Positions 23,542 through 32,986 of a DNA stretch of 37,914 nucleotides are shown here, one piece after another (within the stretch, counting starts at the first letter, position 1; each line of letters opens with the position of its first letter). This DNA is from an uncultured Dehalococcoidales bacterium (GTDB lineage: Bacteria > Chloroflexota > Dehalococcoidia > Dehalococcoidales > Fen-1064), in contig CAZEBT010000002.1 of NCBI GenBank assembly GCA_964510485.1, forward strand, positions 1 to 37,914. Direction: 5' to 3'. A model generated the notes under the pieces. The model ran no database searches and was not told the origin of the DNA. It saw only the letters and a list, made by a program, of their open reading frames with translations. The position numbers and the translations under genes are program-made.

Positions 23542-26328
23542 TTACGTCTTACCGTTGTTTTTCTCAATCTTAACGGCGCATACCTTATATTCGGGTATTT
23601 TTGATACCGGGTCAAGCACGGGATTGGTGAGTACATTGGCCGGGCTTTCGGCGAAGTGGAAGGTCATAAAGACAACGCCCTCCGGTGAGACCTCGGTTAC
23701 CCTGGCTTTAGCGGTAATCTGTCCCCGCCGTGATGCCACCTTTACCATCTCACCATCGGCAATACCCAGGCTGGAGGCATCACCGGGGTTTATCTCCACG
23801 AGTCCTTCACCAAGCAGTTGATTGAGCCCGCTGACCTTCCGGGTCATGGTTCCGGTATGCCAGTGATACAGGCTCCTGCCGGTGGTCAGGAGCAGTGGGT
23901 ATTCATCATCAGGGAGCTCCATGGATGGTCTGTACTCCAGGGGTACGAACCGCCCCTTGCCCCGGCTGAACAATGGGGTGTGGAGGAAGGGAGTCCCCGG
24001 GTGGTCTTCAGTAGGGCAGGGCCATTGCAGGCCGCCTTCTTCCAGCCGGCGGTAGGATATGCCACCGTAAGCCGGGGTGAGTTCGGCAAACTCATCCATG
24101 ATTTGAGATGCATTCTCAAATTCGAACCCCTGGGCACCCATCCTCCGGGCAATCTGGGAGGTAATCCACCAGTCGGGCTTGGAGTCACCCACCGGCTCAA
24201 TCGCCTTCCTTACCCGCTGCACCCGGCGCTCAGTATTGGTGAAGGTGCCATCCTTCTCGGCAAAGCTGGCTGCTGGCAGGACAACGTCAGCCTCTTGGGC
24301 TGTTTCCGAGAGGAAGATATCCTGAACCACCAGGAAGTCCAGCCTTCTCAGCGCCTCCAGGGCGTGCCCGGCATCAGGCTCACTTAGCGGCGGGTTTTCA
24401 CCAACGATATAGAGTGCCTTTATCTGTCCCTCGTGGGCGGCGTCTATCATTTCGGTCAGGGTCAGTCCTGGCCTGTCACTCAGGGAGGCAACCCAGGCGG
24501 TCTCAAATTTCTCCCTGATAGACGGCTCGCTTACCGGCTGGTAGCCGGGGTATACATTGGGCAGGGCACCGAGGTCGCAGGCACCCTGCACGTTATTCTG
24601 GCCCCTGAGCGGGTTTACCCCGCTTGACGGCTTGCCCACGTTTCCGGTGAGCATTGCCAGATTGGCGGTAGCCATCACGTTGTCGGTGCCGTGGGAGTGC
24701 TGAGTGATGCCCATGGCGTAGAGAATAGCTGCCGGACTGCTGGTGGCATACATCCGGGCGGCTTCAGCTACCTTGTCGGCGGGCACCCCGGTAGTCTTCT
24801 CGACAAAATCAAGGTCAAAGGCTTTGAGTGATTCCTCAAACTGGCCGAAGTTCTCGCAGCGCTCTTCGATAAATGCTGAATCAGCCAGCCCCTCGTCCAC
24901 TATGACCCGCATCATTCCCATGAGCAAGGCAACATCAGTACCCGGGCGGTGCCTCAACCAGATGTCAGCATAGCGAACCAGCTCAATCTGGCGGGCATTG
25001 GCTACTATGAGCTTTCCACCCCTGTTGACCACCTTCTTTACTTCCAGCCCGATTACAGGGTGGGCCTCGGTGGTGTTGGTGCCGATAGCCAGGACACAGG
25101 CGGCATTGCCTATCTCCTGTATAGAGTTGGTCATGGCTCCACTGCCGAAGGTGGTGACCAGACCGGTCACCGTAGGGGCATGGCAGAGACGGGCACAGTG
25201 GTCTATATTGTTGTGCCCGAATACTACCCGGGTGAATTTCTGGGCAACGTAGTTATCTTCGTTGGTGCACTTGGCTGAGGAGATAACGGCAACCTCGTCC
25301 CTTTTGTAGCTGGCTAGCCTGTTAACAACCATGTCCAGTGCTTCATCCCAGGTAGCCTCTTCAAGGCTGCCGTTTCTCTTTATCAGGGGTGTGCTCAGGC
25401 GCTCCGGGTGGTGAGCGACATCAATAGTACCAAAGCGGCCCTTGACACAGGCCTGCCCTCGGTTTACTTCGTTATCACGATTGGGGATAACTTCAATTAT
25501 CCTGTCTCCCTTGATGTTAAGCTCCAGCTGACAGCCAACGCCACAGTAGGGACAGGTGGTGAGCACCTGGCGTTCAGGCGGACCCTGCCACTTCCTGGTT
25601 CGCTGGATGAGCGCCCCGGTGGGGCAGGCATCAACACAGGCACCGCAGTACTGACAGTCAGACTCCTGCAGGGGATGCTCGAAGGCGGTGCCCGGCAGGG
25701 CATCACTACCACGGTTGGTAAAGGCGATAGCGCCGACACCCCTTACCTCCTGGCAGACCCTGACACAGCGCCCGCAGAGAATACATAGATTGTAGTCTCG
25801 CTCAAAGAAGGGGTTGTCCCTATCAATTGGTAATTCCTTGTAGGTGTATGGTAGCCTGATCTCGTCTATTCCTATGTAGTCAACTACCTCCTGTAGCTCA
25901 CACATCTTGTTGCTAGGGCAGAGCACACAGCGTTGGGTAATGGCTACACTGCGCAGGCAGATATCGAAGGGGCCGCAGCGCTCCCGGCGCCAGCAGGTAA
26001 GGCAGGGGTTAGGGTGCTCGCAGAGAATGAGTTCCAGGACACCCCGTCTTAACTCCTGAATCTGCGGTGTGTTGGTCCGGACTACCATGCCGTCGGTAGC
26101 CGGTGTGGTGCATGAAGTGGGCAGGCCGCGCATCTTCTCTATCTCAACAATACAGAGGCGGCAGGCACCGTAGGGGGCCAGGTCGGGGTGGTAGCACAGG
26201 GTGGGTACGTATATGCCAGCCTGCTTGCAGGCTTCAAGCACGGTCATACCCCTGGTTGCTTTTACTTCCTGTCCGTCAATAGTCAGGGTTAACTCGGTTG
26301 TAGTAATCTCAGCCATTCTTCTTGACAT
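23542..26328 (-). CDS. fdhA: Formate dehydrogenase alpha subunit, Cys-type Mo/W-bisPGD enzyme with a NuoG-like N-terminal Fe-S domain
   Basis: 928 aa. The N-terminus is a [2Fe-2S] domain (LTIDGQEV...CRLCIVE) followed by several 4Fe-4S motifs. The active-site region HCARLCHAPTVTGL has Cys where Sec-type enzymes have U. The start could be 26328 or 26316. Confidence 0.9.
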   Translation of the reverse strand: MSRRMAEITTTELTLTIDGQEVKATRGMTVLEACKQAGIYVPTLCYHPDLAPYGACRLCIVEIEKMRGLPTSCTTPATDGMVVRTNTPQIQELRRGVLELILCEHPNPCLTCWRRERCGPFDICLRSVAITQRCVLCPSNKMCELQEVVDYIGIDEIRLPYTYKELPIDRDNPFFERDYNLCILCGRCVRVCQEVRGVGAIAFTNRGSDALPGTAFEHPLQESDCQYCGACVDACPTGALIQRTRKWQGPPERQVLTTCPYCGVGCQLELNIKGDRIIEVIPNRDNEVNRGQACVKGRFGTIDVAHHPERLSTPLIKRNGSLEEATWDEALDMVVNRLASYKRDEVAVISSAKCTNEDNYVAQKFTRVVFGHNNIDHCARLCHAPTVTGLVTTFGSGAMTNSIQEIGNAACVLAIGTNTTEAHPVIGLEVKKVVNRGGKLIVANARQIELVRYADIWLRHRPGTDVALLMGMMRVIVDEGLADSAFIEERCENFGQFEESLKAFDLDFVEKTTGVPADKVAEAARMYATSSPAAILYAMGITQHSHGTDNVMATANLAMLTGNVGKPSSGVNPLRGQNNVQGACDLGALPNVYPGYQPVSEPSIREKFETAWVASLSDRPGLTLTEMIDAAHEGQIKALYIVGENPPLSEPDAGHALEALRRLDFLVVQDIFLSETAQEADVVLPAASFAEKDGTFTNTERRVQRVRKAIEPVGDSKPDWWITSQIARRMGAQGFEFENASQIMDEFAELTPAYGGISYRRLEEGGLQWPCPTEDHPGTPFLHTPLFSRGKGRFVPLEYRPSMELPDDEYPLLLTTGRSLYHWHTGTMTRKVSGLNQLLGEGLVEINPGDASSLGIADGEMVKVASRRGQITAKARVTEVSPEGVVFMTFHFAESPANVLTNPVLDPVSKIPEYKVCAVKIEKNNGKT

Positions 26329-26353
26329 CCTTTACTATAATATCTTATCAGGG

Positions 26354-29300
26354 CTAATCCTCGTGCTCTTCCAGGTCACAGCGCAGGCAGCGTTTTGTTT
26401 CTTCAATTGCCTGCTGTTCATCAAAACCAAGCTCTACCTGAGCGAAGCATTTATGCCTTTCATCCAGTGGCAACAGCCTCATCTTGGGGCGGTATTTTTC
26501 ACCCTCGGCTTCCTCAACATTAAAGGGTGCCAGTTCTCCTTCGGGTGGTGCCAGTACTTCGTCGATATCGCCGTCGCCGCCAAGGTATGTATCAATGGAG
26601 GTGGCTGCTTGCCGGCCGGTGGCAATAGCTGCGATGACGTCAGCCGGGCCAGCGACCACGTCGCCACCGGCAAAAACGCCTTCAACGTTTGTTTGCAGTG
26701 TCTCCGTGTCGACGATGACAGTTCCCCAGCTGGTATATTCCAGCTCTTTGGATAACATTGTTTTATCAACTGCCTGGCCAGTGGCCATGATTACATTGTC
26801 AGCGTCTATATTGAATTCAGAGCCTTCAACCGGGACCGGGCGCCGGCGGCCACTGGAATCGGGCTTACCCAGCTCCATCCGGATACATTGAATAGCAGTT
26901 AAACGTCCATCTTCAGCCAGCACCTTAACTGGAGCCGCCAGGATACGGAGCTTGACTCCTTCCCTTTCGGCTTCTTCAATCTCGGTGGCTACTGCTGGCA
27001 TTTCATCCCGGGAGCGGCGGTAGACGATTGAAACATCCTTTGCCCCGATGCGCAGGGCTGACCTGGCGGCATCAATGGCGGCGTTGCCGCCACCGACAAC
27101 CACTACCCTGTCACCGATTTCGGCCATGTCTCCTGAGGTTACCTGTTTCAGGAAATCGAGGGCGTGGACTACTCCGGCGGCGCCTTCGTTGGGGATATCC
27201 ATCTTCTGGCTTGTCCCGGCACCAGCCGCCAGGAAGATTGCTCCATAGCCCTGGCTGAAGAGTTCCTCCAGGTCGGTTACTGCTGTGTTTGTTTTTATCT
27301 CTACTCCTACCTCCTGGATGTAGCCAATCTCACGGTCGACTATCTCACTGGGTAATCTGTAGTCGGGGATGCCGTAACGCAGGAGGCCACCGGCCTTGGG
27401 CAGGGCCTCAAATACAGTCACGTTGTGACCCTGTTTGGCCAGGTAATAGCCAGCCGTTAGCCCGGCTGGCCCCGAACCTATTATGGCAGCCCTCTTCCCG
27501 GTTGGGGGGGCTTTCTTCAGGTTCTGTTTCCACATCTGGTCATCGTTCTCGGCAGCAAAACGTTTGAGGTCCTTGATAGCTATTGATTCTTCCAGCTGGG
27601 CGCGGCGGCACTTTATCTGGCAGGGGTGCATACAGATGTGGCCGAGCACTTCAGGGAAGGGGACCTTCTCCCGAATTATGGCTACTGCCTGGCCGTATCT
27701 GCCGTCAGCAATAGCCCGGATGTACCGAGGGACATTTACGCCGGCGGGGCAGGCATTCTGGCAGGGTGCCGGTACCAGGCTGGTGCATACCCCGGCGCTA
27801 CAGCGTTTCTTGTTTATATGCTCCTCATATTCTTCGCGGAAATAGCGAATCGTGGTCAGAACAGGATTGGGTGCCGTCTGCCCCAGTCCGCACAGGGCAG
27901 TGGACTTGATTGTCGTTGCCAGACTTTCCAGGAGGTCAATGTCGCTCGGTTGTCCCTTGCCCCGGGTAATACGTTCCAGGATGCTGAGCATGTGTTTGGT
28001 GCCGACACGGCAGGGCACACACTTGCCGCAGGACTCAGCCTGCACGAAGGAAACGAAGTACCTTGCCAGGTCAACCATGCAGGTATCTTCATCGGTGACC
28101 ACCATTCCGCCGGAACCCATTATGGTGCCGGCCTGGGTGAGGGAGTCATAATCAACGGGGAGGTCCAGCATGCTGGCTGGTACACAGCCACCCGATGGGC
28201 CTCCGGTCTGCACTGCCTTAAACTTCTTACCATCGGGGATACCACCGCCGACCTCATAGATAATATCACCCAGGGAGATGCCCATCGGCACCTCGATTAA
28301 GCCGGTTCGCACCACCTTACCAGCCAGGGCAAAGGTCTTGGTTCCTTTGCTTCTCTCCGTGCCGTAGCTGGCGTACCACTCACTCCCTTTCTGGAGTATA
28401 GCGGATACGTTAGCCCAGGTCTCTACATTATTAACATTGGTCGGTTTACCCCAGAGCCCCGACTGTGCGGGGAACGGGGGGCGGGACCGGGGCATGCCCC
28501 TTTTGCCCTCAATGGACATCATCAGGGCGGTTTCCTCTCCACAGACAAAGGCACCGGCGCCCTCTTTTATCTGAATATCCAGACGGAAGTCGGAACCGAG
28601 GATATTATCGCCCAGCAGACTGTATTCTTCCATCTGTTTCAGCGCTTTTTCCAGCCGTTCAATAGCCAGGGGGTACTCCGCCCGGCAGTAGATATAGGCA
28701 TGATTTGCTCCCGTGGCATAGGCGCCGATAAGCATGCCCTCCAGCATGGCGTGCGGGTCACTTTCCAGCAGTGACCTGTCCATGAAGGCACCGGGGTCGC
28801 CTTCATCGGCGTTGCATATCATGTACTTTTCATTGCCCGGGGCTTCCCAGAGGCGTTCCCATTTGAAACCGGTGGAGGCACCGGCACCCCCTCTACCCCT
28901 CAGCCCTGATTTACTTATTTCGTCAATGACCTCCTTGGGGTCCATTTGCAGTGCTTTCTGTATGCCGCTGTAGCCGCCGTTGGCAATGTACTGGTCTATG
29001 TCCTCGGGGTCATTGTGGCCGCAGTTACGCAGTGCTATGCGCACCTGAGGTTTCATGATAGGCAAATCAGAGAATTTGGGGATGCCGTCAACGCTTTCTT
29101 CACCGATGGTGCCCATCGCCAGGTCGGGGCGGGGGTTATCGTTGACGAGATAGTCTTCTATAAGCTGGGGTATCATTTCGGGGGTAACACTGTTGTAGCA
29201 GATACGGGGCCGGCCCGGTTTTATAATATCCACCAGGGGTTCGGCATAGCAGAGACCGATACAGCCGACCTGGATTATTATTGCCTCGATATTTCTTCGG

Positions 29301-29449
29301 GATAGTTCCTCTTTGATGGCGCCTAACACGGCTTCAGCGCCGGCAGCCCGGCCGCAGGTAGCCATGCCAACAAAAATACGAGGCTTGTCAGTATGTTGCA
29401 AAGCCTCCCATTTTGATACTGCCTGTTTCTGTATTTCTTCAAACGTCAT
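26354..29449 (-). CDS. NuoF/HydB-like FMN/NADH subunit fused to a GltD/NfnB-like NAD(P)H-FAD module (1031 aa)
   Basis: The N-terminus is thioredoxin-like. The NuoF core carries GLRGRGGAG, CNADEGDPGAF and ESCGKCVPCR. From about residue 560 the protein is GltD-like: CQNACPAGVNVP, HPCQIKCRR, AAIIGSGPAGLTAG and VVVVGGGNAAID. Confidence 0.85.
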   Translation of the reverse strand: MTFEEIQKQAVSKWEALQHTDKPRIFVGMATCGRAAGAEAVLGAIKEELSRRNIEAIIIQVGCIGLCYAEPLVDIIKPGRPRICYNSVTPEMIPQLIEDYLVNDNPRPDLAMGTIGEESVDGIPKFSDLPIMKPQVRIALRNCGHNDPEDIDQYIANGGYSGIQKALQMDPKEVIDEISKSGLRGRGGAGASTGFKWERLWEAPGNEKYMICNADEGDPGAFMDRSLLESDPHAMLEGMLIGAYATGANHAYIYCRAEYPLAIERLEKALKQMEEYSLLGDNILGSDFRLDIQIKEGAGAFVCGEETALMMSIEGKRGMPRSRPPFPAQSGLWGKPTNVNNVETWANVSAILQKGSEWYASYGTERSKGTKTFALAGKVVRTGLIEVPMGISLGDIIYEVGGGIPDGKKFKAVQTGGPSGGCVPASMLDLPVDYDSLTQAGTIMGSGGMVVTDEDTCMVDLARYFVSFVQAESCGKCVPCRVGTKHMLSILERITRGKGQPSDIDLLESLATTIKSTALCGLGQTAPNPVLTTIRYFREEYEEHINKKRCSAGVCTSLVPAPCQNACPAGVNVPRYIRAIADGRYGQAVAIIREKVPFPEVLGHICMHPCQIKCRRAQLEESIAIKDLKRFAAENDDQMWKQNLKKAPPTGKRAAIIGSGPAGLTAGYYLAKQGHNVTVFEALPKAGGLLRYGIPDYRLPSEIVDREIGYIQEVGVEIKTNTAVTDLEELFSQGYGAIFLAAGAGTSQKMDIPNEGAAGVVHALDFLKQVTSGDMAEIGDRVVVVGGGNAAIDAARSALRIGAKDVSIVYRRSRDEMPAVATEIEEAEREGVKLRILAAPVKVLAEDGRLTAIQCIRMELGKPDSSGRRRPVPVEGSEFNIDADNVIMATGQAVDKTMLSKELEYTSWGTVIVDTETLQTNVEGVFAGGDVVAGPADVIAAIATGRQAATSIDTYLGGDGDIDEVLAPPEGELAPFNVEEAEGEKYRPKMRLLPLDERHKCFAQVELGFDEQQAIEETKRCLRCDLEEHED

Positions 29450-29500
29450 CTTTTCACCATTTATTTATGCGTAAATGGAGCCAGGGCTCCCCCGACTGTT

Positions 29501-29947
29501 CTAGTGTTGCGCCAGCACCTCTCTCGCCTTGGTGGTTGTCATTCTGCCGTAGACAGTTTTGTCCACTACCATGACCGGCGCCAGGGCACAGGAGCCAAAA
29601 CAGGCAACCCTCTCCAGGCTGAATTTGTAGTCCTCAGTAGTTCCTCCGGGTTTAATGCCGAGTTGCTGTATTACCGTCTCCAGGATGCGCCGTGCACCCC
29701 GGACGTGGCAGGCGGTACCCTGACAGACCTTCACGGTATGCTCACCCTGCCTCTCAAAGCGGAACTGGGCATAGAAACTGGCTACGCCGTAAATCTGGCT
29801 CTTGGATATACATAAAAATTGGGCTATCTCCGTTATTGCTTCTTCGGGTAGATAGCCCAATTCCCCTTGTACTTTTTGTAGAACCGGTATTAGTGCCTCC
29901 TTATGCCCCCGGTAAGGCTCAAGGACGGGTGCCAATCTCTCACGCAT
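29501..29947 (-). CDS. NuoE/HydC-like [2Fe-2S] thioredoxin-fold subunit
   Basis: 148 aa with the CQGTACHVRG...CFGSCALAP cluster motif. First gene of the operon. Confidence 0.85.
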   Translation of the reverse strand: MRERLAPVLEPYRGHKEALIPVLQKVQGELGYLPEEAITEIAQFLCISKSQIYGVASFYAQFRFERQGEHTVKVCQGTACHVRGARRILETVIQQLGIKPGGTTEDYKFSLERVACFGSCALAPVMVVDKTVYGRMTTTKAREVLAQH

Positions 29948-29998
29948 ATCCAGACCCTCACGAACTCAATTCAATGTAAATAAGGCTGACCATCAGTT

Positions 29999-30027
29999 AG
30001 TTTATCACGAAAAAATACATAGTTCAA
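29999..30027 (-). promoter_or_regulatory. Candidate promoter of the FDH/Nfn operon (TTGAAC-17-TAAACT)
   Basis: On the minus strand: TTGAAC (30027-30022), a 17-nt spacer, TAAACT (30004-29999). This is about 50 nt upstream of the ATG at 29947, and GAGGG lies 8 nt before that ATG. Confidence 0.3.
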
Positions 30028-30207
30028 GTATTCGGTGGTTGTCTTATTGCGGTTAAAGGTATAACATATTAGGAGTTTAGCGCGGGGTTATGGTAAGATG
30101 GGTAGCCTGCACCAGGACCTATAGAGAAGAGATATCAGGCGCCACCAGTAGTTATTAAAGATAGCAGTGTTAATTGACAGGAGTAAGAATCTTCTGAGGT
30201 GATAGGA

Positions 30208-30480
30208 ATGAGCATTGAGCTGGTACACATTGGCTTTAATAACATACTGGTAATGAACAGGGTTGTTGCTATAGCTTCACCGAACTCGGCACCTACCAAG
30301 CGCGCAATTCAGGAAGGTAGGAACAAAGGGCTGCTAATTGATATGACCAATGGCAGGAGGACCAAGGCCGTTATCGTTACTGATAGCGGTCATATTGTTT
30401 TGTCTGCCCTGGCTCCAGAGACTATTGCTGGCAGGTTGCAGGTGACTTATCCAAGGGCAATAGTGGGTGAAGAGGTTTGA
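30208..30480 (+). CDS. remA: RemA/YlzA family (DUF370) protein
   Basis: [67 protein letters not shown] matches the DUF370 pattern. It lies directly upstream of gmk, as in Firmicutes. I prefer the ATG at 30208 (GAGGTGA upstream) to the GTG at 30199. Confidence 0.8.
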   Translation: MSIELVHIGFNNILVMNRVVAIASPNSAPTKRAIQEGRNKGLLIDMTNGRRTKAVIVTDSGHIVLSALAPETIAGRLQVTYPRAIVGEEV

Positions 30481-30498
30481 GACTGATACCGGGGCGCA

Positions 30499-31140
30499 GT
30501 GATGAGCGAAGTGACTCACGGGGGTGAGCCCCTGTATAATCTATCAAGAAGGCCGTTGCTTATAGTCTTCTCCGGTCCTTCGGGAGTAGGCAAGGATGCG
30601 GTCTTGACCCGCCTGAAGGAAGCAAACTACCCTCTCAGATATATTATCACCATGACTACAAGGGTTCGTCGGGCTACCGAAAGAGATAATGTAGACTACC
30701 GTTTTGTCTCGTTGAAAAGGTTCCATAAGATGATTGATAACGGGGAGCTTCTGGAGTGGGCGAGTGTCTACGGTAACTGGTACGGTGTGCCTAAGAAAGC
30801 AGTAAAGCAGGCACTGGACAGGGGAGAGGATACGATAGTTAAGATTGATGTTCAGGGGGCAACTACCATCAAGAAGATTGTGCCTGAGGCAGTATTCATC
30901 TTCCTTATGCCGCCATCAATGGAGGAGCTTGCCATGCGATTGAGGCAGCGCTATACCGAATCGCCACCTGATATAGCCCTGCGCCTGAAAACGGCAGGGG
31001 AGGAAGAGAAACAGCTGACCATATTTGACTATGTAGTCGTGAATAGGTGGGGTAAAATTGACCGGGCGGTATCAGAGGTTGAGGCTATAATTACTGCTGA
31101 AAGGTGCCGGGTGGTTCCCCGTGAAATTACCTTGAGCTAA
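30499..31140 (+). CDS. gmk: Guanylate kinase
   Basis: P-loop SGPSGVGKD, plus E.A.VYGN.YG. Confidence 0.9.
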   Translation: MMSEVTHGGEPLYNLSRRPLLIVFSGPSGVGKDAVLTRLKEANYPLRYIITMTTRVRRATERDNVDYRFVSLKRFHKMIDNGELLEWASVYGNWYGVPKKAVKQALDRGEDTIVKIDVQGATTIKKIVPEAVFIFLMPPSMEELAMRLRQRYTESPPDIALRLKTAGEEEKQLTIFDYVVVNRWGKIDRAVSEVEAIITAERCRVVPREITLS

Positions 31141-32142
31141 TCAGAGGACCATTTTCAGCAGCCAGGCAAACAGGTAACCCAGCACCCCGCAGATAGGAAA
31201 GGTCAGTATCCAGGCAGCGACAATATTACCGGCTACCCCCCAGCGGACTGCCGATAGCCGCCGGGTAGCACCCACTCCCATAATTGATGAACTGACGCAG
31301 TGGGTGGTGCTTACCGGAATACCCAGTAGTGAAGCTGACTCAATGACGGTAGCGGCTGCGAAGTCAGCGGCGAAGCCGTGAACCGGTTGCAGAGCGGTAA
31401 CCCTCATTCCGAGTGTACGGATTACCCGCCAGCCTCCGACGGCTGTTCCGGTGCTAATTGCTAGCGCCGACACAATTATTACCCACCACGGGATGTTTTC
31501 CCAGAGAGAGGTTTGCCCGGTATAGATTACCAGTGCCATAGTGATGACGCCTATTGGCATCTGCCCATCGTTCTTGCCGTGGCTGTAGGCGAGAAAGGCG
31601 GTAGTAAGCCACTGCAGGCGACCAAACAGGGTTCTTATCTTATCGGGGGCGCTTCGTCGTAATACCCACAACAGGATAATCATCAGAATAAATCCACCGA
31701 CAAAGCCCAGAACTGGGGCAATAGCAACTGACGAGCCAACGCGTGCTATTTTACTCCATATTACTGCGTCGGTACCGGCAACGAATATCCCAGCGGTGGC
31801 CAGTCCGGCGATAAAGCTATGGGTTATACTTATCGGCAGGCCTAATCGGGTGGCTATAGAGCCCCAGATAATAACTGCTCCCAGGGCGGAAATGACGGTT
31901 AGATATGAGATTGCATCGGGGATGAGAATACCCTTACCGATAGTTTTAGCAACCTCCAGGCCGGTAGCGGTGCCAGCCAGGTTGCAGAAGGCGGCCAGTA
32001 TTATGGCATTTCTAGGGGAGATAGCACGGCTACCAACTGAAGCAGCGATGGCGTTAGCGGCATCATTGAAACCATTAACTACCCCAAAGCCAATAGCCAG
32101 AACAATAATAAAGAGAAAGAGACCGAGGGCAGCATCAGGCAT
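31141..32142 (-). CDS. Inorganic phosphate transporter, PiT family
   Basis: 333-aa polytopic membrane protein with duplicated GFNDAANAIA / HGKNDGQ PHO4-type motifs. It is paired with a DUF47 gene. Confidence 0.9.
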   Translation of the reverse strand: MPDAALGLFLFIIVLAIGFGVVNGFNDAANAIAASVGSRAISPRNAIILAAFCNLAGTATGLEVAKTIGKGILIPDAISYLTVISALGAVIIWGSIATRLGLPISITHSFIAGLATAGIFVAGTDAVIWSKIARVGSSVAIAPVLGFVGGFILMIILLWVLRRSAPDKIRTLFGRLQWLTTAFLAYSHGKNDGQMPIGVITMALVIYTGQTSLWENIPWWVIIVSALAISTGTAVGGWRVIRTLGMRVTALQPVHGFAADFAAATVIESASLLGIPVSTTHCVSSSIMGVGATRRLSAVRWGVAGNIVAAWILTFPICGVLGYLFAWLLKMVL

Positions 32143-32764
32143 GCTTGAGAACTACCCCTTCAAGAACATTAGCCACATCCTCGCATCTATCAGTAGCACT
32201 CTCCATGTGCTCGTATATTTCACGCCACTTGATAACATCTGCCATATCAGTAGTGTCCTCAAAAACCTCAGCTATAGCCGCACGGTGTACCACGTCGGCG
32301 GCATTCTCCAGCCGGTTCATCTCCACGCAACGTGCGAGAATCTGCTTCAACTTGTGCCGGTGGCGTAAATCAAGAATCGCCTTTTCTACTTCATCCGTTG
32401 CCTGGATAATGATATCGGCTAGCTCTCTAGCCCTCTTGCCGGGACGGCCTACTTTATAGATAATCATGGCACGGGCGGTGGCATCAATAAAGTCCATCAC
32501 GTCGTCAATACTTTTTGCCAGTGAGGCTATGTCTTCCCGGTCAAAGGGGGTGACAAAGGTGCGGTGCAGTCTGGCTATAATCTCATGGGTGATGTTGTCC
32601 CCTTTGTGCTCCAGCTCGGCTATCTCTTCCACACTCTGCTCAATGCACTCCCAGGTATCAATCAGTTTTTTTAGTACCTGAGAGGCTTGGACAATGTTAT
32701 GGGCGCCCTCCTCGAAGAGCTCGAAGAACTTCTCTTCACGGGGGATAAAACGAAACCTGAACAC
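32135..32764 (-). CDS. DUF47 / PhoU-like phosphate transport regulator (TIGR00153-type)
   Basis: 209-aa helical protein with HKGDNITHEI and ADVVHRAA repeats. It overlaps the PiT start by 8 nt. GTG start with AGAGGAGGA upstream. Confidence 0.85.
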   Translation of the reverse strand: MFRFRFIPREEKFFELFEEGAHNIVQASQVLKKLIDTWECIEQSVEEIAELEHKGDNITHEIIARLHRTFVTPFDREDIASLAKSIDDVMDFIDATARAMIIYKVGRPGKRARELADIIIQATDEVEKAILDLRHRHKLKQILARCVEMNRLENAADVVHRAAIAEVFEDTTDMADVIKWREIYEHMESATDRCEDVANVLEGVVLKHA

Positions 32765-32894
32765 TACCTGTCCTCCTCTGTTAGCAACTAAGGGTGATTA
32801 AAAGAAGCCCTTACAATTGTGAGTTTAGATGAGAGGAGGGCAAATGTCAACCCGGATGTTACTGTGAATTCGTGCCTCTGCTGCTGATAAATAA

Positions 32895-32924
32895 TTGACT
32901 GGGCTGCTACATTAGGGTTATTAT
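32895..32924 (+). promoter_or_regulatory. Candidate promoter (TTGACT-18-TATTAT) for the acyl-CoA synthetase-like/etf cluster
   Basis: TTGACT at 32895-32900, an 18-nt spacer, TATTAT at 32919-32924. Confidence 0.3.
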
Positions 32925-32986
32925 CTAAGGGGTGTTTATTAACTTGTGCGGATGACTGCTCGTTGACTGATGATTTCCACTGAGTT

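Noticed and set aside
23542-26328. Selenocysteine (in-frame TGA) in the formate dehydrogenase alpha subunit
   Set aside because: The ORF is uninterrupted. The position equivalent to Sec in Sec-type enzymes (..HCAR-x-U-H..) is a Cys codon (HCARLCHAPTV), so this is a Cys-type enzyme and no SECIS is needed.
29948-30198. Riboswitch (e.g. a Moco RNA motif) or other structured leader upstream of the FDH operon
   Set aside because: The best promoter candidate leaves only a leader of about 50 nt. I could not recognise conserved riboswitch motifs or a convincing multi-stem structure by eye. A covariance-model scan (Rfam) would be the decisive test.
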